Source of the DNA: Parasphingorhabdus sp.
GTDB taxonomy: Bacteria > Pseudomonadota > Alphaproteobacteria > Sphingomonadales > Sphingomonadaceae
Length of the DNA: 64,000 nt
Direction: 5' to 3'
NCBI RefSeq assembly: GCF_036963705.1
Contig: NZ_JBALUT010000003.1
Location: 4,595-68,594, forward strand
Below are positions 37,019 to 46,086 of this stretch, in pieces (the stretch's first letter is position 1; every line of letters starts with the position of its first letter). The position numbers and the translations under genes are program-made. The notes under the pieces are model-generated. The model made no database searches. It was not told the origin of the DNA and worked only from the letters and a program-made list of their open reading frames with translations.

Positions 37019-40000
37019 ATGAACACATCCTCTCTCATCGCAAAAGTCGGTATCCGCTCCTTGAGAGTAGCCCTCTTTTCAACCGCGATACTGGCCGCTC
37101 CTGGATTTGCAAAGGAGACGCTCCCCACCGGCGGCGGCGTTGTGTACGGTAGCGCCACGATCAAGACCAATGGCCGGTCGATGGAAATCAACCAATCCAG
37201 CGATAAAATGATCGCCATCTGGGAAAGTTTTTCGATTGGAAAAGACAATTCCGTTATTTTCAATCAACCGAATGCGCAATCTATCGCTCTCAATCGGGTA
37301 ATAGGGCAAGATCCCTCTCGAATATTGGGACGCCTTACCGCTAACGGCCAAGTCTTTTTGCTCAATCCTAACGGCATCATGATTGGCAAAAACGGCGTTG
37401 TTCAAACTGGCGGCTTTGTCGCTTCGACACTCGGCATCGCTGATGATGATTTTCTGAGCGGCCATTACAAATTTTCCGGCACTGGCGGCGCAATTCTCAA
37501 TTACGGCGCTTTGAAAGGCGGTGTCGTTGCTCTGATCGCACCGTATGTTGTGAACAAGGGCTCTATCATAGGCAGTACGGCTCTTGCGGCCGGGACCGGT
37601 GTCACGCTCGACTTTGATGGCGACGGTTTGGTTTCTGTTGAAGTCAGCGCAGCTACCCTAGGCACATTGGTCGAAAACAGCGGATTGATAAGGGCCGATG
37701 GGGGTTTGGTAATCCTGACCGCCAAAGGTGCTAATGACGCCATGAAAGGCGTTGTGAACAATACCGGTATCATTGAAGCCAACTCGCTCGAAAATCGCGA
37801 TGGACGGATCTTTCTACTCGGAGATATGAGCCATGGCCAAGTCAATGCTGCGGGTACTTTGGCGGCATCTTTTGTGGAAACTTCCGCTGCTCGAGTCGAT
37901 ATCGACGATAGGCTTCAGGTTAAAACCAATGGCGGCACATGGTTGATTGATCCCAACGACTTTACGATTGCAGCCAGCGGCGGCAATATTTCTGGTACTG
38001 CGCTTTCGAACAATCTGGTCAACGGTAATGTTGTTATTTCAACTGCTACGCAGGGTACACCGAATGGCAATGGGGACATTTTTGTTAACGACATTGTTAC
38101 TTGGTCTGCAAATACACTTACGCTGAATGCAGATCGCAACATTGAGATTAACACCGAGATGTTTGGTAGCGGTACCGCAGGATTGGCGCTGGAATATGCG
38201 CAATCTGATCCTGATGGCGACTATTTTGTGAACGCTCCGGTCAACCTTGCCTCCACCGGAAGCTTTTCGACGAAGCGCGGTGCTGAGGGTCGGATTGACT
38301 ATACAATCATTACTGAACTCGGGAATGCCGAAAGTTCCGGTGATGGCACCTTACAGGGAATGCGCGGTGATTTGACTGGCAACTACATCTTAGGTGCAAA
38401 CGTTGATGCGTCGGACACGCAAAGTTGGAATGGTGGATTGGGATTTACGCCAATCTCCAGTGAAGTTGTAGCTATCCAAAGCGGGACTAAGTTTGAATAT
38501 CGCGGTTCGTTCGCTGGAAGATTTGACGGTCTAGGACATCAAATAAATCAGCTAACCATCAATCGACCCGATCATAGATACGTTGGATTATTCGCAGCCA
38601 TCGGATCCGGGAATGGCATTGCTGGTGATTTCGAGAGCGAGGTCAGGAATTTAAGCCTCACTGAAGTTAATATAATTGGCTGGCGTGACATTGGCTCCAT
38701 AACAGGAAACCTTGCCAATTCTTACTTACACAATCTCACTGTTCAAGGTGCGATTGAAGGAATTTTGCCGTTATCAAGCTCAAGTATCGCGGGCGATGTG
38801 GTAGGCGGAGCCGTCGGAGGCGCCGATTCTAACTCTCTACTTAGTTCAATTAAGACAGATGTCATAGTGTCCGGTAGCAACGCTGTTGGAGGAATTGTGG
38901 GGGTACTTGGGGGCACAATACTCAAGTCCCACGCAATGGGTATCGTAACCGGCAATGAGAATACAATTGGCGGGTTGATCGGTTATGTGTTGGGCGGCAG
39001 TGTCTTAAGCAGTTCTTCTGAGGCTGAGGTGACTGGACAGAATCAAGTCGGAGGACTGGTCGGTAACTTAGAACAGGGACGTATTATTGATTCATGGTCT
39101 GTAGGTGAGGTTAGCGGTGGTTTGAACATTGGAGGGCTGGTCGGGACGACCAATAGCTCAGAGGTCAAGTCTTCGTTTTCATCGGCTTCTATCTTTGGCG
39201 TCAGTGAAGTTGGCGGCTTGGTAGGTCGAATGATTGACGGCCAAATTTCCAACAGTTTCGCCGAGGGGGCTGTAATCGGCACTGGCCTCTACGCTGGCGG
39301 GCTGGTTGGATATCTTGATGGCGACGTAAGTGACAGCTTCGCAACAGGCGACGTGTCTGGAAACTTTGGCGTCGGCGGACTTATAGGCCACAGCAGCTTG
39401 GATAATGAGATTACTAATACCTATGCTGCTGGTCGGGTCTCTGGATCTACCACGGTAGGCGGCCTCATCGGAGAAGTCTTTGATAGCATCATAACCAATA
39501 GCTTCTTTGATGCTGAATCAACGGGACAGTCAGTGGCTTTCGGTTTCTTTGGGTCGGGCACGCGTGGCGACGCCACTGGTCTAACCACAGCCCAAATGAA
39601 AGACCCGACCAACTTCATCGCAGCAGGTTGGGATTTCGACAATGTTTGGGCAATCGATCCCGACATCAACAATGGTTACCCCCATTTACGCGCGACGGTG
39701 AAAACCGAAGTTACGCCACCACCTCCACCTCCACCTCCACCTCCACCTCCTCCACCAAGCACCTTGACGCTTGATGATTTTGGTGATTTCTCGACAATGG
39801 TATTGCCGTTCCAGCCGACAATCAATCTGACCGGTGGCGGTTTCTCCGATGTGACCGAAATCGTCTTCACCTTCACCGGTCCGAATGGTCAGGCCGGCAC
39901 AGTCACATGGAACGCCGCGAACGGCTTCGGCAATGGCCGCTTTGTGGTCGGAGCCGATGGGAATTCCGCCACGATTGCGCCTGTGCTGGTCGCCAATGGC

Positions 40001-40939
40001 GATCCGTCCGGTGCATATCAATGGACGGTGACGTTGAAAGCCGGTGACCAAACCGTTTCAGACAGCTTCACTGTGACCTACACTGCCATGGCGACGCCAC
40101 CACCCTCGCCAACTCCTGCGCCGACACCCACTCCAACACCAACACCAACACCAACTCCAACACCAACTCCAACACCTACACCGGAACCAACACCGATTTC
40201 CGAAGAACCGATATTGAACGTCAATCCAGACAATCCCCCCGGACAAATAATATGGGGTTTGCCTGTTGAAGGCGGTGGTCCTGTGCTTTTTGATCCGATA
40301 TTCCCAGTGTCAACTCCTCCGGTCATCGGTATATTTAAAATTAATACCGAGAATTATGTCGTGTCGCCGCGTCAGCAGGCGCAGCTTGAAAGGTACAAGC
40401 AAATCGATGGAGATAGAATTGTAGGGATTCTTAAGCGTGAGGATGTTTGGCAACAAATACCGCTGATGAGTGGTCTTTCGTTGAGTCGCGATATCGTGAT
40501 GAGAAATCTGATCGATACAATGATCAAGCTGGCTGATGCAGCGGGAATATCGATGGATGAGCTGCGAACAGTCCATTGGGCCAGAAACAGCAAGCAAGAT
40601 AGCGAAATTGATCGTTCCACCATATTAGCAAATGCAGACAAAGGCTGGAAATTAGCCCCCGACTCGAAAAAGGCCTTTCATGTTATTGGCCTGAACCCGG
40701 ACAGAGTGGAAAAATGGGTTCATGACGATGGGCGCGAGTATGTTTTCCTCAGGCAAGATGATGGTTCGTACAAGCAAGTAATTGATGGAAGGAATGATGG
40801 GACTTTCAACTTCAAAACCGATGACAGCAGTACGAAAGGACATATTTTGCTAGATGTTTATCCTTGGCTTCTTTGGGGTACTAGCATGGATGATGAAACC
40901 ACTTTTGAGCAAAGACTGGAGCTCCTTCGTCCAATTTAA
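37019..40939 (+). CDS. TpsA exoprotein: TPS domain, beta-helix, GLUG repeats, P14 run, Ig-like module, (PT)n linker, unassigned C-terminal module
   Basis: Signal peptide. TPS domain with FNQPN and LLNPNGIMIG motifs. About nine GLUG-type repeats (VGGLVG/IGGLIG). ATG 37019 is preceded by AAAGGTGGG. 1306 aa. Confidence 0.9.
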   Translation: MNTSSLIAKVGIRSLRVALFSTAILAAPGFAKETLPTGGGVVYGSATIKTNGRSMEINQSSDKMIAIWESFSIGKDNSVIFNQPNAQSIALNRVIGQDPSRILGRLTANGQVFLLNPNGIMIGKNGVVQTGGFVASTLGIADDDFLSGHYKFSGTGGAILNYGALKGGVVALIAPYVVNKGSIIGSTALAAGTGVTLDFDGDGLVSVEVSAATLGTLVENSGLIRADGGLVILTAKGANDAMKGVVNNTGIIEANSLENRDGRIFLLGDMSHGQVNAAGTLAASFVETSAARVDIDDRLQVKTNGGTWLIDPNDFTIAASGGNISGTALSNNLVNGNVVISTATQGTPNGNGDIFVNDIVTWSANTLTLNADRNIEINTEMFGSGTAGLALEYAQSDPDGDYFVNAPVNLASTGSFSTKRGAEGRIDYTIITELGNAESSGDGTLQGMRGDLTGNYILGANVDASDTQSWNGGLGFTPISSEVVAIQSGTKFEYRGSFAGRFDGLGHQINQLTINRPDHRYVGLFAAIGSGNGIAGDFESEVRNLSLTEVNIIGWRDIGSITGNLANSYLHNLTVQGAIEGILPLSSSSIAGDVVGGAVGGADSNSLLSSIKTDVIVSGSNAVGGIVGVLGGTILKSHAMGIVTGNENTIGGLIGYVLGGSVLSSSSEAEVTGQNQVGGLVGNLEQGRIIDSWSVGEVSGGLNIGGLVGTTNSSEVKSSFSSASIFGVSEVGGLVGRMIDGQISNSFAEGAVIGTGLYAGGLVGYLDGDVSDSFATGDVSGNFGVGGLIGHSSLDNEITNTYAAGRVSGSTTVGGLIGEVFDSIITNSFFDAESTGQSVAFGFFGSGTRGDATGLTTAQMKDPTNFIAAGWDFDNVWAIDPDINNGYPHLRATVKTEVTPPPPPPPPPPPPPPSTLTLDDFGDFSTMVLPFQPTINLTGGGFSDVTEIVFTFTGPNGQAGTVTWNAANGFGNGRFVVGADGNSATIAPVLVANGDPSGAYQWTVTLKAGDQTVSDSFTVTYTAMATPPPSPTPAPTPTPTPTPTPTPTPTPTPTPEPTPISEEPILNVNPDNPPGQIIWGLPVEGGGPVLFDPIFPVSTPPVIGIFKINTENYVVSPRQQAQLERYKQIDGDRIVGILKREDVWQQIPLMSGLSLSRDIVMRNLIDTMIKLADAAGISMDELRTVHWARNSKQDSEIDRSTILANADKGWKLAPDSKKAFHVIGLNPDRVEKWVHDDGREYVFLRQDDGSYKQVIDGRNDGTFNFKTDDSSTKGHILLDVYPWLLWGTSMDDETTFEQRLELLRPI
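39716..39757 (+). repeat. Coding microsatellite (CCACCT-type) encoding a 14-proline run
   Basis: The sequence is cca cca cct cca cct cca cct cca cct cca cct cct cca cca. Confidence 0.9.
40091..40195 (+). repeat. Coding (ACN CCN)n repeat encoding a Pro-Thr linker
   Basis: Translates to ATPPPSPTPAPTPTPTPTPTPTPTPTPTPTPEPTP. Confidence 0.9.
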
Positions 40940-41189
40940 AAAGATTGTTCTCGGCAGGCCTTTCATCATGACGGGTCTTACTTGAATCTGCGCACAGTCG
41001 GCGTCTGAGAAAACACCACCAGATCGAGCAGGATTTTCAAATCTTTGGCCCTGTGATCGATCCCCAACGCCGGGAAAAGCGTGACAGCTCGGAGAGACGG
41101 CATTATTTCAAATTTAGGGAAAAAATGGGAATGGAAAAATATCCCCGACCTCACACAGCTTCCGCCATGCAAAAATCGGGGTTGATAAG

Positions 41190-41441
41190 TTAGTCTTTGA
41201 CCAGGCTGTAGAGCCCGTCGTTGTCACGGATCCAAAGCTTGTCGACCGTCCCTTGTCGATTGTGTTTCAGCAATAGTGCAATGTGGCCCTTGTCATAACC
41301 CAGGTCGCTTAGACGGGAGATTATCTCAGAGCCGCGCCGAATACCCAAGTCGATACAGGCGGCAATCAAGACGATGACCTTTTCATGTTTGTCAGCTTTA
41401 GTCCCATTCAGTGTGTCATTCAAAACGTTCAAGCTATTCAT
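41190..41441 (-). CDS. Hypothetical 83-aa protein coupled to the integrase
   Basis: ATG overlaps the integrase stop (ATGA, 41438-41441). No recognisable family. Confidence 0.5.
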   Translation of the reverse strand: MNSLNVLNDTLNGTKADKHEKVIVLIAACIDLGIRRGSEIISRLSDLGYDKGHIALLLKHNRQGTVDKLWIRDNDGLYSLVKD

Positions 41442-42601
41442 AGTGTTTTTCCTTTCATTCCTGCGGCGCCTGCCTCGACGGCCGCAAGCAGTGTGTCATT
41501 GGCGAGATGGGCGTAGCGCATCGTGGATTGGTGATCGGCATGACCGAGCACCCTGCCGACTGCGAACAAATCGATGCCAGCATTGATCATGAAGCTCGCG
41601 GCGGAATGCCGTAAGTCATGGATCCTGACATCGCCAAGCCCAGCCGCCGTTCTTGCGGTGTCCCAAGCCCTTTTCATTTCTGTGAAGGGTAGTCGTGTTT
41701 TTGGATTGGGCACCAGATATGGACAATCATCGAACCGAGGCAGTTCTTCGATTATGTCCAGTGCCGCCTGTGAGAGCGGCACGTGACGATGCTTGCCGGT
41801 TTTCGACATTGGTATTAGCCAATGCTTTCTATCCACATCAACGTGCCGCCATTCCGCATTGAGCAGCTCAGACACCCTTGCTCCGGTCAGTAGCAATAAG
41901 CTGATGATGGAACGTAGCTGGGTGTTCTTCGATGCCCCGCAAGCGAGCAGCAACCCTTTTACCTCTTCCGGCGACAGGAAGCGGTTGCGAGAGTTGTTGA
42001 ATTTTGCCCGCTTGATACCGCGCACTGGATTGACGGTGACCCCGGCAAGTTGCCATTGCAGAGCAAGCTCGAAGGACCGGCTAAAGATCGCCTTGATCTT
42101 TTCAACCGTCGCGGGAGCAAGCCCCTCGCGGTCCTTTTCCGACAACCATTTGGCGATGTCCCGTTGCCCTATGTCGGACAGCCGCATTTTGCCCCAGCGA
42201 GGAACGATGTGCCGCCGAACATACATGCGGGTCGTGTCATAGGCCCTCTGATAGGTCTTGGCTTGAGCAAGATGCTGTATGGCCAACTCGCCGTAGGTTA
42301 TGACCGCCTTGGCTTCAGCCTTCGCTTGAGAGGGATCGCCGACTCCGAGGACAATGGCGGCTTTCAACTCCCTGGCCTTCTTGCGGGCCTGGTCGAAGCT
42401 GATATCACCGTAGCGGCCTATCCTATACTGCTTCTGCTTTCCGCTCTGATCGGTGTAGCGGAGATAGAATGTCCGATTTCCAGACGGCCGAACCTCGACG
42501 GTGAAGCCTTTGATCTCTGTGTCGAAAAACTCTTCCTTCGACTTGCGCGGATCGCAGTAAATCAGGTTTACGAACTGGCTAGTTAGCTTTTCTCTAGGCA
42601 T
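41438..42601 (-). CDS. int: P4-type (DUF4102 N-terminus) tyrosine integrase
   Basis: Has FFDTEIKGFTVEVRPSGNRTFYLRY...YRIGRYGDISFDQARKKA and catalytic TGARVSELL, HDLRHSAAS and LGHADHQSTMRYAHL. Start at ATG 42601 (MPREKLTSQF). Confidence 0.9.
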   Translation of the reverse strand: MPREKLTSQFVNLIYCDPRKSKEEFFDTEIKGFTVEVRPSGNRTFYLRYTDQSGKQKQYRIGRYGDISFDQARKKARELKAAIVLGVGDPSQAKAEAKAVITYGELAIQHLAQAKTYQRAYDTTRMYVRRHIVPRWGKMRLSDIGQRDIAKWLSEKDREGLAPATVEKIKAIFSRSFELALQWQLAGVTVNPVRGIKRAKFNNSRNRFLSPEEVKGLLLACGASKNTQLRSIISLLLLTGARVSELLNAEWRHVDVDRKHWLIPMSKTGKHRHVPLSQAALDIIEELPRFDDCPYLVPNPKTRLPFTEMKRAWDTARTAAGLGDVRIHDLRHSAASFMINAGIDLFAVGRVLGHADHQSTMRYAHLANDTLLAAVEAGAAGMKGKTL

Positions 42602-42805
42602 AATTTTTCCTTTCTTGATTGTGATAAATCCGAACCGCAGAGGGCGGTCGGACACGCGTAGGGGTTGAGGTGCAGGGCTGGCCGCCTGCGGCTCCTCTGG
42701 TTGAATTTTAGGCAAATGCGGGTGAGTTGCGGGTTGTCTGCGCCGCTTCGAGGCATCCGATGGGTGAACATCTTGCGATGAAGCGGCGCAAACTCGGCCG
42801 GATAG

Positions 42806-45427
42806 CTATCCGTGCGGTCCCGGCTCGAGGTCATCGGGCGAAAGCGGCGAAACCGGTGTTTCCGCAGACTCCGCTTTCACCACTTTTTCCGCCATCCAGG
42901 CGCGGCGACCGTCGGCCCGCCCCTCGATAAAACGCAGCCCGCCGACAATTCGCTTGGCATGTTTGGAAATGTACCAACCAAGCTTGCCGTTGTTGATCTT
43001 TTCACCGTTCATGATCGGTAGATCCTCCAACGTTTCCCGTAATTCCGGATTTTGGTAGTCCGCCGCTTCCGCAACCTGGCGAACGGTCTTCGGCGTACTA
43101 CCGAACACCTTGTGCCAAGCCTCGAGAAGGAACCCGAGCTTCTCCCCGTCACTATCATCTTCCACTTGATCAAAGAGGGGTTGTGCCGGATCCGGCTCGC
43201 CGAGCCAAATCAAAGGATGGCGGCAACAGTCAGCCCATTCGCCGTTATAGCTGGCGATCGGCGGAACATTCGACTTTGGGCTTCCGGCCGCCTTCCAGGC
43301 TTCGATGATAGTGAGCACCGCACTGACCATTTCCATGCGTTTCTCCCGCACCAATGCAGCCGGGTTACCGGTAAAGCTGCTGCTGATCCGTTCCGCCGGT
43401 CGGGAAGCCAGCCGGATGGTGATCACTCTTCTTTTCGTGTCCCGTTCCGGTTCTACGTTGATCCCCGATCCGATGAAAAGCACTCGGGTGGAGACAGTGG
43501 CGGTTTTACTCATCCCAAGAATACGGTCGGTAATGGTCTCGCTCGTCAGCGCGCGATTCAAGATTGCATGCGGCTTGAAGTTGCAAACCATATCATCATA
43601 TTCAATGCAGGACGGTGACGATATCAGCAGAGAAAGCACCGATTTAGTCGCTTCAGCGGCATCCATTGGAAAGCTCGCTTTCGCCGGTTCACCGCCAGCA
43701 AAAGCCGTGATCACGCTATTGAGATAACTTTTCCCAACTCCGCTTTCAGGCGCCGTCGTTAGATAGGCAGGAGCAACCGGTAGATATGGCCTGACCGTGG
43801 CGGTCATGACTGCAGAAAGTGCAGCAGCGTAGTCCGTGGGGGTTTCAAACTCAAATTCACAGAACAGATCTTTAAGCTTCGCGAGAGCAGCTTCGGCATC
43901 TTCACGGGAAGTGCCGGGAATAACAACCTGATCTCCTTCGAAAGCCCCGTAGATGCCGGACTTTTCATCATATCCCGGTGTCGTGACCAAAGACCCATCA
44001 TTCGGCCGGTAAAAAGGTTGCCGGGCTATGGCCACAATGTTTCGCAAAAAGCTATATTTGGAAGCGCCTGAGAGGGTGCGAACGACGCGCTCGGTTGGAT
44101 CGCAAGGACGCCACTCTTTGCCTTTGCGGTCATAACTTGCAAATGAACATGCGCTCGCCAGTGCCATTGTCAGCTCGGCTGCGGAGGCCGGTTCCATCCG
44201 GTAATCACCGCCTTCACCCGATTGGCGCAGTATAGTGATCACGCCTCCAGACTGGAATATCTTGCCAGTACCCGCCAGCACGTAGTCGCATGCGTTCACA
44301 ATCTGATCGATCGCTCCCACCTCGTTGCGAATTTGCGGCCGGTTGCGAGCAGATGCGGCATCAATTTTGAGAAAGGACAGAAGATCGCTGATACTCAAAC
44401 TTTCGCCATGCGAATGATGACATTTGAAGCCGCCCAAGGGAAAAGCCTTGCTCGGTTCAAAATAGGCCGAACCGCTGTCGATTTGATCCGTATGACCCTC
44501 TATCCAAGGACACTTAACGTCGTGGATCCCCGGACTTACTTCGCACTTATAGTGGCCGCGCTCTATCAATGCGGTCACCACAGGATTTTCATCCAGGGCC
44601 GGTAGGAAAACACCGTGGGATAGCCCAGCGGGTTGCCGCCTTGGTACCGCTGGAGCCGAGACCACATGCCCCGGCGTTGCAGGAACGTTCAGCAATCCGA
44701 GCCCTTCGTAGAGTGCGTCCAAGCTAAATCGCTTTTCTGGTGACCATTGATCCAACTGGCATTGGAAAGGACCTTCACCATCGCTCTGATATTTAGCCTT
44801 CCCGTTCACGGCAAAAGGTAACCTTGCCCATCTGGCCAGCCCAAAGGCTCCTGGATCACTATGGCCAGCCGCAGACACAGCTTTCTGCAGAGCGGCAACC
44901 ACGTTTTCATCGTCGATCGGCTGGTCGAAAACGTAGCCGTATTGAAAGTTTCCCGGACTGGTTTCTATAGAATAGGTCGGCGGGAAGCCCTTCAAGGCAT
45001 CGATTGCTACCTTCGTGCCCACGTCATCCAGAACGAGCACGCGATATTTCTCAAAAAACTCGTTTTTCGCTTGTAGTCTGCCATCTTCAGCCTCGCGAAA
45101 TGTCGAGCAGTTGAAGTAGTTGTTGGCCGTCGGCGGGCAGGCCTGATTGACGTTATCGGCCGGTTTTGCTGTCCAGCCACCGTCCGTTGGATCTCCCGTT
45201 TTCGAGCAAACTGCCAGCAGTTCACCATCGTCGAGAGAAGGGCAAAGCGCGGAAATGAACTGCGCGTTTGTCACCGGCCGCGCAGTGTCGCTGGACGGGT
45301 CGGACAAAGGTGGTGAAAGCGGTGGTGTGGCGGATTTTTCACCACTTTCGCCGCTTTTCTTCGGGTAGTTTTTGAGGCGGATGGATGCGGCGGAAATTTT
45401 GCCGGGATTCGATTGATAGGTGTTCAT
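42806..45427 (-). CDS. Replication protein: RepB-like primase domain plus Cys/His motif plus P-loop NTPase
   Basis: SIETSPGNFQYGYVF resembles the RepB' primase signature. Has C-x..H...C-H-x-H (KCPWIEGH...FKCHHSHG), Walker A APESGVGKSY and Walker-B-like CIEYDD. 873 aa. Confidence 0.65.
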   Translation of the reverse strand: MNTYQSNPGKISAASIRLKNYPKKSGESGEKSATPPLSPPLSDPSSDTARPVTNAQFISALCPSLDDGELLAVCSKTGDPTDGGWTAKPADNVNQACPPTANNYFNCSTFREAEDGRLQAKNEFFEKYRVLVLDDVGTKVAIDALKGFPPTYSIETSPGNFQYGYVFDQPIDDENVVAALQKAVSAAGHSDPGAFGLARWARLPFAVNGKAKYQSDGEGPFQCQLDQWSPEKRFSLDALYEGLGLLNVPATPGHVVSAPAVPRRQPAGLSHGVFLPALDENPVVTALIERGHYKCEVSPGIHDVKCPWIEGHTDQIDSGSAYFEPSKAFPLGGFKCHHSHGESLSISDLLSFLKIDAASARNRPQIRNEVGAIDQIVNACDYVLAGTGKIFQSGGVITILRQSGEGGDYRMEPASAAELTMALASACSFASYDRKGKEWRPCDPTERVVRTLSGASKYSFLRNIVAIARQPFYRPNDGSLVTTPGYDEKSGIYGAFEGDQVVIPGTSREDAEAALAKLKDLFCEFEFETPTDYAAALSAVMTATVRPYLPVAPAYLTTAPESGVGKSYLNSVITAFAGGEPAKASFPMDAAEATKSVLSLLISSPSCIEYDDMVCNFKPHAILNRALTSETITDRILGMSKTATVSTRVLFIGSGINVEPERDTKRRVITIRLASRPAERISSSFTGNPAALVREKRMEMVSAVLTIIEAWKAAGSPKSNVPPIASYNGEWADCCRHPLIWLGEPDPAQPLFDQVEDDSDGEKLGFLLEAWHKVFGSTPKTVRQVAEAADYQNPELRETLEDLPIMNGEKINNGKLGWYISKHAKRIVGGLRFIEGRADGRRAWMAEKVVKAESAETPVSPLSPDDLEPGPHG

Positions 45428-46086
45428 ATTCTACGGTCCTTAATTAAAAGGCTGCCGCCTGAGATCGTTTGTGGGAATTACGCCTCAGACAACAACTGTT
45501 GTTTGCTATCGCTGAGAAGTTGCTCGCACGGCGAAGGAGACATGTGTAAATCTGCAATGAAAACGGGTCGTTTTGCTAACCAGATCGAATTGAATGATTA
45601 CACCGTGGAGGTGCCCGATTTTGCTCGTGAGCGTTATTGAGCGGATGCTAATGCTAGCTTTCCGCGTCGATATGAACGCAGTGCACGAACGACTCAAAGT
45701 TTTATCGTGGAAGTAACGAGTGCGGGTCTTGCCGCTCGGTTTTATGGTTGTGTGGCTCGTGGTCTCAGCCCTTGTAGACGTCTCATTATGGGGGGTTTTG
45801 CTTTCCCATTCAGATTTAGTGTTTTTCATTCCCTAGTTTCTTTCGTTTCGACGCACTTGGTTCTTTCGAAGCAAACTCGTCTTTAAAAAGAGACGCCGGA
45901 AGCATCTCTGTCCTAGGGTTTAGGGATCGGTTGTCTGCGGCTGCGAAAAACTTCTGCTGCTGCAAGTTCCTATTTTATGTGCCTTTATCCTTTAACGTGC
46001 AGTATCTGCATGGAATAATTGCGTTCATGAGCGTAGTTCGAGAGCGAATCATCGGCCCGAATCACCGGGCGTAGGAGTGAGGGATT

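Noticed and set aside
40091-40195. Short-period repeats checked as a possible CRISPR array (also 39716-39757 and 32889-32923)
   Set aside because: The periods are 6 and 13 bp with no spacers of CRISPR size, and the first two are in-frame coding repeats. No cas genes are present in the window.
40978-41172. 64-aa minus-strand ORF downstream of tpsA, considered as a possible immunity gene
   Set aside because: It is on the opposite strand to tpsA, has no visible RBS and looks low-complexity. Immunity genes normally follow the toxin co-directionally.
40940-41189. Search for a third att/tRNA-fragment copy that would split the island into two tandem elements (42602-42805 also checked)
   Set aside because: I found no stretch resembling the 45-bp repeat or its reverse complement by eye. 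A degenerate copy cannot be excluded without an alignment.
45506-45829. 107-aa minus ORF and 75-aa plus ORF (45413-45640) in the gap upstream of the primase gene, considered as an AlpA/Xis-like gene
   Set aside because: No HTH pattern appears in any frame I translated. Composition is Thr/Ser/Arg-rich, the SD-like AGGGA is only 1 nt from the ATG, and the plus ORF runs antisense into the primase start.
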